DNA of 64,000 nucleotides from NCBI GenBank assembly GCA_964057225.1, contig OZ059900.1:4030001-4094000 (forward strand). Direction: 5' to 3'. The notes beneath the pieces were generated by a model, which was not told the origin of the DNA, did not search any database, and saw only the letters and a program-made list of their open reading frames with translations. Of the stretch, positions 1 through 8,804 are shown piece after piece; the stretch's first letter is position 1; every line of letters begins with the position of its first letter. The translations under genes were made by a program, and so were the position numbers. Source of the stretch: Auanema rhodensis (Eukaryota; Animalia; Nematoda).

Positions 1-534
1 AAAATTTTTCCTGCAAAAATACACAAAGAAAAAGTTTTCATGTATAAATACACGAAAAAAAATTTTTCCTGCAAAAATACACAAAGAAAAAGTTTTCATG
101 TATAAACACACGAAAAAAAATTTTTCCTGCAAAAATACACGAAGAAACTACTTTTCTTGCAAAAATACACAAAGAAAAAGTTTTCCTGCAAATATACACG
201 AAAAAAAAATTTTCCTGCAAAAATACACAAAGAAAAAGTTTTCATGTATAAACACACGAAAAAAAATTTTTCCTGCAAAAATACACGAAGAAACTACTTT
301 TCTTGCAAAAATACACAAAGAAAAAGTTTTCCTGCAAAAATACACGAAAAAAAATTTTTCCTGCAAAAATACACGAAAAAAAATTTTTCCTGCAAAAATA
401 CACGAAAAAAAATTTTTCCTACAAAAATACACAAAAAAAAATTTTTCCCTGCAAAAATTCTAAAAAAAAATTTTTCCCTTGTAAAAATTCACTAAAAAAT
501 TTTTCTCCCTGCAAAAATGCGAAAAAAAAAATTT
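1..534. repeat. 29/30-bp minisatellite block (partial)
   Basis: Monomers such as TTTTCCTGCAAAAATACACGAAAAAAAAT (29) and TTTTCCTGCAAAAATACACGAAGAAACTAC (30); the last 3-4 monomers are degenerate. Confidence 0.97.
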
Positions 535-590
535 ATTCAGAAATACTTCCCCGAAGACATATGGTATCAAAATTTCGTTCCTCTCTCATT

Positions 591-685
591 TACTTGATTG
601 ATTCTGTCAGCGCTGTATGCTCAAGTAAAAGATTAAGCCATGCATGTATAAAGTTCATCATTTTTGAGAAACTGCGATAGGCTCA
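591..685 (+). pseudogene. Short 18S rRNA 5'-end copy A (nt 1-95), inverted relative to the main copy; present in every unit
   Basis: TACTTGATTGATTCTGTCAGCGCTGTATGCTCAAGTAAAAGATTAAGCCATGCATGTATAAAGTTCATCATTTTTGAGAAACTGCGATAGGCTCA is the reverse complement of 2279-2373 apart from the first bases and 3 substitutions. Confidence 0.95.
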
Positions 686-820
686 CAGCTCAGAGACCAA
701 AAAAATTTCCAAGTCCAAAAAAAATTTTTTTTTCAACATGTTTTCACGATACTCTCAAAACATTTTTTACACATTTTTAAAGAGTTTTAACATTGGAATT
801 GAGAAACAAAATTTTTTTTT

Positions 821-882
821 TACTTGATTGATTCTGTCAGCGCTGTAGCTTTCGTCAAGGATTAAGCCATGCCAACCGCTCA
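821..882 (+). pseudogene. Short 18S 5'-end copy B (variant middle, internal deletion); present in every unit
   Basis: TACTTGATTGATTCTGTCAGCGCTGTA-GCTTTCGTCAAG-GATTAAGCCATGC followed by CAACCGCTCA, which resembles 18S GAACGGCTCA. Confidence 0.88.
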
Positions 883-908
883 CCGACCACAAAAAAATTT
901 TTTTCACG

Positions 909-1000
909 TACTTGATTGATTCTGTCAGCGCTGTATGCTCAAGTAAAAGATTAAGCCATGCATGTAGAAAGTTGAACTTTTTAAGCCAAACCGCCAACCG
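909..1000 (+). pseudogene. Short 18S 5'-end copy C; present in every unit
   Basis: First 58 nt identical to copy A, then a diverged GAAAGTTGAACTTTTTAAGCCAAACCGCCAACCG that still aligns to AAAGTTCAT...AAACTGCGAACGG. Confidence 0.9.
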
Positions 1001-1158
1001 ACCAAAAATTTTTTCTAGTCAAAAATCATGGAAATTTTTGAAAAAATATGCAAATTTTTTTTTTCAAAACTATTTTTCAGAGTAGTCTTATTCTATTTTC
1101 TGACTCTTTTTACATATTTTACACTATATATGAAATATGTTTTGGAAAATTTCCCGAT

Positions 1159-1208
1159 ATGGCTTAATCCTTGAGGAAAGCTACAGCGCTGACAGAATCA
1201 ATCAAGTA
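1159..1208 (-). pseudogene. Short 18S 5'-end copy D (inverted partner of B); present in every unit
   Basis: Reverse complement TACTTGATTGATTCTGTCAGCGCTGTAGCTTTCCTCAAGGATTAAGCCAT matches 821-870 at 49/50 positions. Confidence 0.9.
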
Positions 1209-1306
1209 AAATTTGCCATTTTTATCAAAATTTTTGATTTTTTAAATTAAAATTCTCGGGTGACCATTTATATGCGCTTTTTTTTGAAAAATGGTTCCAA
1301 TATTCC

Positions 1307-1454
1307 AATAAAGTATACTTTTTCTTACAAATAAAGTATACCTTTTCTTACAAATAAAGTATACCTTTTTTAAAATAAGGTATCAATATTGCTATCGCTA
1401 TATACAATCAATAAAACGTTATTTGAAACAAGAATAAGGTATACTTTCAGGTAT
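1307..1454 (-). terminator. 3'-ETS region with 23-bp repeats (AAATAAAGTATACCTTTTCTTAC, ~3 copies plus degenerate ones); candidate Pol I termination elements; present in every unit
   Basis: The repeat is seen directly (AATAAAGTATAC at 1307, 1330 and 1353; AATAAGGTAT at ~1374 and ~1433) with a palindromic AAGTATACTT core. The terminator role is inferred only from its position just past the 28S 3' end. Confidence 0.35.
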
Positions 1455-1457
1455 AAA

Positions 1458-1529
1458 ACAAAACATCCAATCAAAGGATAGTCTCAACAGATCGCAGTTT
1501 ATAAAGACTGCTCTACTGGATACAACACC
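1458..1529 (-). rRNA. 28S: Terminal ~72 nt of 28S/26S rRNA fused to truncated 18S; recurs in all 20 units (starts 5728, 8733, 11738, 15176, 18181, 21415, 24649, 27971, 30946, 33951, 36956, 39961, 42966, 45971, 48976, 52298, 55620, 59330, 62652)
   Basis: Reverse complement GGTGTTGTATCCAGTAGAGCAGTCTTTATAAACTGCGATCTGTTGAGACTATCCTTTGATTGGATGTTTTGT fits the conserved LSU 3'-terminal pattern (..GTAnnnAGTAGAGYAG...TGCGATCTGYTGAGAYT...TTTGT), recognised from memory. Confidence 0.88.
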
Positions 1530-2373
1530 TACGAATGCCCCCGAATCGTCCCTATTAATCATTAATTCGACTCTCAAACCAATAAATAGAACCGAAGTCC
1601 TCTTTTATTATTCCATGATAGCACATACAAGCAATCGCTTGCTTTGAGCGCTGTGATTTATTCAAAGTAAACCCGAGCCAGTATACACACCGAAGTACAT
1701 ACACAAAACCGACAAAATAGACACATCTATGATTACCGGCAAGCCGTATCACAGAAAATGCCTCAGATCCAACTACGAGCTTTTCAACTACAGCAATAAC
1801 GTTTTACACTAGTGGAGCTGGAATTACCGCGGCTGCTGGCACCAGACTTGCCCTCCACTGGGTCCTTGTAGAGCTATTTAAGCTCAGCTCAGTGAAATAA
1901 TCAATCTAAAAAGATTGATCTTTTTATTTTTAGTTACTATCTCACTGAAGTAGTGGATAAGTTACGCGCCTGCTGCCTTCCTTGGATGTGGTAGCCGTTT
2001 CTAAGGCTCCCTCTCCGGAGTCGAACCCTAATTCTCCGTTACCCGTGATCACCATGGTAAAACTCTATATCACCATCAGGTTGATAGGGCAAACATTAAT
2101 CTCGAAAAAAGACAGTAAAACCGTCGATTAACTGGGTTATTCAGAGTCAACAAACATTAAATTGGTTTGTACTAATAACTGCGTTGAACTTGGGAAGAAG
2201 AACAACTATTAAGCATGTATTAGCTCCAGAATTACCACAGTTATCCATAGAAATCGAGAAAAATCATATCTGCTCTAATGAGCCGTTCGCAGTTTCTCAA
2301 AAATAATGAACTTTATACATGCATGGCTTAATCTTTTACTTGAGCATACAGCGCTGACAGAATCAATCAGATT
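1530..2373 (-). rRNA. 18S: Truncated 18S rRNA (nt 1 to ~844; pseudogene-like), unit 1
   Basis: Universal SSU blocks occur in order on the minus strand: GATTAAGCCATGCATG, GGATAACTGTGGTAATTCTGGAGCTAATACATGC, GCCCTATCAAC, GGGTTCGACTCCGGAGAGGGAGCC, GGCTACCACATCCAAGGAAGGCAGCAGGCGCG, GGAGGGCAAGTCTGGTGCCAGCAGCCGCGGTAATTCCAGCTCC, AAGCTCGTAGTTGGAT, TAATGATTAATAGGGAC..GGGGGCATTCGTA. Homology then stops. Confidence 0.97.
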
Positions 2374-2657
2374 CGCAATAGAGAATCCATTATTTCTTAC
2401 TAAACAATATAAATATCGAGAAGTAGAATAATTTTTTTTTCCCAATTCACCAAAAAAATTAAGAAAGTTGAAAAATCACACAGAAACGACACATTATAGA
2501 AAATATTCACATTTTTCAATGTGAACAAGTAAAATTGCAGATAACGAAAATTATTGTAAAAATTTTCTCCTGCTACCTTACGATTGTGATATCGTTTCGG
2601 TGAATAGTGTAACAATCTTCAGATATTATTTCATAATGTTTATATTCCGATGAAACA
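2374..2657 (-). promoter_or_regulatory. Putative 5'-ETS / Pol I promoter remnant; present in every unit
   Basis: Non-repetitive AT-rich DNA immediately upstream of 18S nt 1; assigned by position only. Confidence 0.45.
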
Positions 2658-4804
2658 TTCCAGTAAAAATTTTATGTAAAATACTTTTCCTGCAAAAATA
2701 CACCTACAAACTACTTTTCCTGCAAAATTACACGAAAAAAAATTTTTCCTGCAAAAATACACAAAGAAAAAGTTTTCATGTATAAATACACGAAAAAAAA
2801 TTTTTCCTGCAAAAATACACAAAGAAAAAGTTTTCATGTATAAATACACAAAGAAAAAGTTTTCATGTATAAATACACGAAGAAACTACTTTTCCTGCAA
2901 AAATACACAAATAAAAAGTTTTCATGTATAAATACACGAAAAAAAATTTTTCCTGCAAAAATACACGAAGAAACTACTTTTACCGCAAAAATACACGAAG
3001 AAACTACTTTTCCTGCAAAAATACACCTACAAACTACTTTTCCTGCAAAAATACACGAAAAAAAATTTTTCCTGCAAAAATACACAAAGAAAAAGTTTTC
3101 ATGTATAAATACACGAAAAAAAATTTTTCCTGCAAAAATACACGAAGAAACTACTTTTCTTGCAAAAATACACAAAGAAAAAGTTTTCCTGCAAATATAC
3201 ACGAAAAAAAAGTTTTCATGTATAAATACACGAAGAAACTACTTTTCCTGCAAAAATACACTAAGAAAAAGTTTTCATGTATAAATACACGAAAAAAAAA
3301 TTTTCCTGCAAAAATACACGAAGAAACTACTTTTCCCGCAAAAATACACGAAAAAAATTTTTTCCTGCAAAAATACACGAAAAAAAATTTTTCATGTATA
3401 AATACACGAAGAAACTACTTTTCCTGCAAAAATACACAAAGAAAAAGTTTTCATGTATAAATACACGAAAAAAAATTTTTCCTGCAAAAATACACGAAGA
3501 AACTACTTTTACCGCAAAATTACACGAAGAAACTACTTTTCCTGCAAAAATACACCTACAAATTACATTTCCTGCAAAAATACACGAAAAAAAATTTTTC
3601 CTGCAAAAATACACAAAGAAAAAGTTTTCATGTATAAATACACGAAAAAAAAGTTTTCATGTATAAATACACGAAGAAACTACTTTTCCTGCAAAAATAC
3701 ACAAAGAAAAAGTTTTCATGTATAAATACACGAAAAAAAATTTTTCCTGCAAAAATACACGAAGAAACTACTTTTACCGCAAAAATACACGAAGAAACTA
3801 CTTTTCCTGCAAAAATACACCTACAAACTACTTTTCCTGCAAAAATACACGAAAAAAAATTTTTCCTGCAAAAATACACAAAGAAAAAGTTTTCATGTAT
3901 AAATACACGAAAAAAAATTTTTCCTGCAAAAATACACGAAAAAAAATTTTTCCTGCAAAAATACACGAAAAAAAATTTTTCCTGCAAAAATACACGAAGA
4001 AACTACTTTTCCTGCAAAAATACACCTACAAACTACTTTTCCTGCAAAAATACACGAAAAAAAATTTTTCCTGCAAAAATACACAAAGAAAAAGTTTTCA
4101 TGTATAAATACACGAAAAAAAAGTTTTCATGTATAAATACACGAAGAAACTACTTTTCCTGCAAAAATACACAAAGAAAAAGTTTTCATGTATAAATACA
4201 CGAAAAAAAATTTTTCCTGCAAAAATACACGAAGAAACTACTTTTACCGCAAAAATACACGAAGAAACTACTTTTCCTGCAAAAATACACCTACAAATTA
4301 CATTTCCTGCAAAAATACACGAAAAAAAATTTTTCCTGCAAAAATACACAAAGAAAAAGTTTTCATGTATAAACACACGAAAAAAATTTTTTCCTGCAAA
4401 AATACACGAAGAAACTACTTTTCTTGCAAAAATACACAAAGAAAAAGTTTTCCTGCAAATATACACGAAAAAAAATTTTTCCTGCAAAAATACACGAAAA
4501 AAAATTTTTCCTGCAAAAATACACGAAGAAACTACTTTTCCTGCAAAAATACACTAAGAAAAAGTTTTCATGTATAAATACACGAAAAAAAAAATTTTCC
4601 TGCAAATATACACGAAAAAAAATTTTTCCTGCAAAAATACACAAAAAAAACTTTTTCCTGCAAAAATACACGAAAAAAAATTTTTCCTACAAAAATACAC
4701 AAAAAAAAATTTTTCCCTGCAAAAATTCTAAAAAAAAATTTTTCCCTTGTAAAAATTCACTAAAAAAATTTTCTCCCTGCAAAAATGCGAAAAAAAAAAA
4801 ATTT
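2658..4804. repeat. 29/30-bp minisatellite, long block (~2.15 kb)
   Basis: About 73 monomers of the same family. Confidence 0.97.
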
Positions 4805-5799
4805 ATTCAGAAATACTTCCCCGAAGACATATGGTATCAAAATTTCGTTCCTCTCTCATTTACTTGATTGATTCTGTCAGCGCTGTATGCTCAAGTAAAA
4901 GATTAAGCCATGCATGTATAAAGTTCATCATTTTTGAGAAACTGCGATAGGCTCACAGCTCAGAGACCAAAAAAATTTCCAAGTCCAAAAAAAATTTTTT
5001 TTTCAACATGTTTTCACGATACTCTCAAAACATTTTTTACACATTTTTAAAGAGTTTTAACATTGGAATTGAGAAACAAAATTTTTTTTTTACTTGATTG
5101 ATTCTGTCAGCGCTGTAGCTTTCGTCAAGGATTAAGCCATGCCAACCGCTCACCGACCACAAAAAAATTTTTTTCACGTACTTGATTGATTCTGTCAGCG
5201 CTGTATGCTCAAGTAAAAGATTAAGCCATGCATGTAGAAAGTTGAACTTTTTAAGCCAAACCGCCAACCGACCAAAAATTTTTTCTAGTCAAAAATTATG
5301 GAAATTTTTGAAAAAATATGCAAATTTTTTTTTTCAAAACTATTTTTCAGAGTAGTCTTATTCTATTTTCTGACTCTTTTTACATATTTTACACTATATA
5401 TGAAATATGTTTTGGAAAATTTCCCGATATGGCTTAATCCTTGAGGAAAGCTACAGCGCTGACAGAATCAATCAAGTAAAATTTGCCATTTTTATCAAAA
5501 TTTTTGATTTTTTAAATTAAAATTCTCGGGTGACCATTTATATGCGCTTTTTTTTGAAAAATGGTTCCAATATTCCAATAAAGTATACTTTTTCTTGCAA
5601 ATAAAGTATACCTTTTCTTACAAATAAAGTATACCTTTTTTAAAATAAGGTATCAATATTGCTATCGCTATATACAATCAATAAAACGTTATTTGAAACA
5701 AGAATAAGGTATACTTTCAGGTATAAAACAAAACATCCAATCAAAGGATAGTCTCAACAGATCGCAGTTTATAAAGACTGCTCTACTGGATACAACACC

Positions 5800-6643
5800 T
5801 ACGAATGCCCCCGAATCGTCCCTATTAATCATTAATTCGACTCTCAAACCAATAAATAGAACCGAAGTCCTCTTTTATTATTCCATGATAGCACATACAA
5901 GCAATCGCTTGCTTTGAGCGCTTTGATTTATTCAAAGTAAACCCGAGCCAGTATACACACCGAAGTACATACACAAAACCGACAAAATAGACACATCTAT
6001 GATTACCGGCAAGCCGTATCACAGAAAATGCCTCAGATCCAACTACGAGCTTTTTAACTACAGCAATAACGTTTTACACTAGTGGAGCTGGAATTACCGC
6101 GGCTGCTGGCACCAGACTTGCCCTCCACTGGGTCCTTGTAGAGCTATTTAAGCTCAGCTCAGTGAAATAATCAATCTAAAAAGATTGATCTTTTTATTTT
6201 TAGTTACTATCTCACTGAAGTAGTGGATAAGTTACGCGCCTGCTGCCTTCCTTGGATGTGGTAGCCGTTTCTAAGGCTCCCTCTCCGGAGTCGAACCCTA
6301 ATTCTCCGTTACCCGTGATCACCATGGTAAAACTCTATATTACCATCAGGTTGATAGGGCAAACATTAATCTCGAAAAAAGACAGTAAAACCGTCGATTA
6401 ACTGGGTTATTCAGAGTCAACAAACATTAAATTGGTTTGTACTAATAACTGCGTTGAACTTGGGAAGAAGAACAACTATTAAGCATGTATTAGCTCCAGA
6501 ATTACCACAGTTATCCATAGAAATCGAGAAAAATCATATCTGCTCTAATGAGCCGTTCGCAGTTTCTCAAAAATAATGAACTTTATACATGCATGGCTTA
6601 ATCTTTTACTTGAGCATACAGCGCTGACAGAATCAATCAGATT
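5800..6643 (-). rRNA. 18S: Truncated 18S rRNA, unit 2
   Basis: Near-identical to 1530-2373 (offset 4270). Confidence 0.97.
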
Positions 6644-6927
6644 CGCAATAGAGAATCCATTATTTCTTACTAAACAATATAAATATCGAGAAGTAGAATA
6701 ATTTTTTTTTCCCAATTCACCAAAAAAATTAAGAAAGTTGAAAAATCACACAGAAACGACACATTATAGAAAATATTCACATTTTTCAATGTGAACAAGT
6801 AAAATTGCAGATAACGAAAATTATTGTAAAAATTTTCTCCTGCTACCTTACGATTGTGATATCGTTTCGGTGAATAGTGTAACAATCTTCAGATATTATT
6901 TCATAATGTTTATATTCCGATGAAACA

Positions 6928-7809
6928 TTCCAGTAAAAATTTTATGTAAAATACTTTTCCTGCAAAAATACACCTACAAACTACTTTTCCTGCAAAATTA
7001 CACGAAAAAAAATTTTTCCTGCAAAAATACACAAAGAAAAAGTTTTCATGTATAAATACACGAAAAATAATTTTTCCTGCAAAAATACACAAAGAAAAAG
7101 TTTTCATGTATAAATACACAAAGAAAAAGTTTTCATGTATAAATACACGAAGAAACTACTTTTCCTGCAAAAATACACAAAGAAAAAGTTTTCATGTATA
7201 AATACACGAAAAATAATTTTTCCTGCAAAAATACACAAAGAAAAAGTTTTCATGTATAAATACACAAAGAAAAAGTTTTCATGTATAAATACACGAAGAA
7301 ACTACTTTTCCTGCAAAAATACACAAAGAAAAAGTTTTCATGTATAAATACACGAAAAAAAGTTTTTCCTGCAAAAATACACGAAGAAACTACTTTTACC
7401 GCAAAAATACACGAAGAAACTACTTTTCCTGCAAAAATACACCTACAAATTACATTTCCTGCAAAAATACACGAAAAAAAATTTTTCCTGCAAAAATACA
7501 CAAAGAAAAAGTTTTCATGTATAAACACACGAAAAAAAATTTTTCCTGCAAAAATACACGAAGAAACTACTTTTCTTGCAAAAATACACAAAGAAAAAGT
7601 TTTCCTGCAAATATACACGAAAAAAAATTTTTCCTGCAAAAATACACAAAAAAAACTTTTTCCTGCAAAAATACACGAAAAAAAATTTTTCCTACAAAAA
7701 TACACAAAAAAAAATTTTTCCCTGCAAAAATTCTAAAAAAAAATTTTTCCCTTGTAAAAATTCACTAAAAAAATTTTCTCCCTGCAAAAATGCGAAAAAA
7801 AAAAAATTT
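6928..7809. repeat. 29/30-bp minisatellite, standard ~882-bp block
   Basis: About 30 monomers. Equivalent blocks lie at 9933-10814, 12938-13934, 16376-17257, 19381-20173, 22615-23407, 25849-26729, 29171-30022, 32146-33027, 35151-36032, 38156-39037, 41161-42042, 44166-45047, 47171-48052, 50176-51056, 53498-54378, 60530-61410 and 63852-64000. Confidence 0.96.
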
Positions 7810-8804
7810 ATTCAGAAATACTTCCCCGAAGACATATGGTATCAAAATTTCGTTCCTCTCTCATTTACTTGATTGATTCTGTCAGCGCTGTATGCTCAAG
7901 TAAAAGATTAAGCCATGCATGTATAAAGTTCATCATTTTTGAGAAACTGCGATAGGCTCACAGCTCAGAGACCAAAAAAATTTCCAAGTCCAAAAAAAAT
8001 TTTTTTTTCAACATGTTTTCACGATACTCTCAAAACATTTTTTACACATTTTTAAAGAGTTTTAACATTGGAATTGAGAAACAAAATTTTTTTTTTACTT
8101 GATTGATTCTGTCAGCGCTGTAGCTTTCGTCAAGGATTAAGCCATGCCAACCGCTCACCGACCACAAAAAAATTTTTTTCACGTACTTGATTGATTCTGT
8201 CAGCGCTGTATGCTCAAGTAAAAGATTAAGCCATGCATGTAGAAAGTTGAACTTTTTAAGCCAAACCGCCAACCGACCAAAAATTTTTTCTAGTCAAAAA
8301 TTATGGAAATTTTTGAAAAAATATGCAAATTTTTTTTTTCAAAACTATTTTTCAGAGTAGTCTTATTCTATTTTCTGACTCTTTTTACATATTTTACACT
8401 ATATATGAAATATGTTTTGGAAAATTTCCCGATATGGCTTAATCCTTGAGGAAAGCTACAGCGCTGACAGAATCAATCAAGTAAAATTTGCCATTTTTAT
8501 CAAAATTTTTGATTTTTTAAATTAAAATTCTCGGGTGACCATTTATATGCGCTTTTTTTTGAAAAATGGTTCCAATATTCCAATAAAGTATACTTTTTCT
8601 TGCAAATAAAGTATACCTTTTCTTACAAATAAAGTATACCTTTTTTAAAATAAGGTATCAATATTGCTATCGCTATATACAATCAATAAAACGTTATTTG
8701 AAACAAGAATAAGGTATACTTTCAGGTATAAAACAAAACATCCAATCAAAGGATAGTCTCAACAGATCGCAGTTTATAAAGACTGCTCTACTGGATACAA
8801 CACC

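Noticed and set aside
633-639. TTAAGCC resembling the nematode telomere repeat TTAGGC
   Set aside because: It is simply part of the universal 18S motif GATTAAGCCATGC, and no tandem telomeric repeats were seen.
997-1010. Sm-site-like AATTTTTGG on the minus strand next to the antisense 18S copies
   Set aside because: AnTn runs are ubiquitous here, and no convincing snRNA or SL-RNA stem-loops were identified.
591-1208. CRISPR-like look of a 27-bp repeat with spacers
   Set aside because: The repeat is the 18S 5' end, spacing is irregular (230, 88 and ~250 bp), one copy is inverted, spacers are identical between units, there are no cas genes and the context is eukaryotic.
821-1208. B/D 50-bp inverted repeats as MITE or transposon TIRs
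   Set aside because: The arms derive from 18S, there is no clear target-site duplication (flanks are A/T runs) and no transposase. It cannot be fully excluded without a genome-wide search.
1440-1451. TATACTTTCAGG, resembling the U3 snoRNA box A'/A region
   Set aside because: Only 12 nt long, part of the GTATAC repeat family, and no other U3 boxes follow.
1458-2373. Functional rDNA array or naturally fragmented rRNA gene
   Set aside because: No 18S 3' half, 5.8S or 28S core occurs anywhere in 20 consecutive units, and the fragment is joined straight to the 28S terminus.
767-2615. Recurrent 65-76 aa ORFs (MAVWLKK..., MIRLAG..., MLHYSP...)
   Set aside because: They overlap rRNA-derived or ETS sequence, several use non-ATG starts, and they recur only because the unit is repeated.
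2834-4867. K/F/T-rich ORFs (MYKYTKK..., MYFCRK...) in every minisatellite block
   Set aside because: They are open in several frames on both strands because the 29/30-bp monomers are nearly stop-free. Frames shift with monomer length and no domain is recognisable.
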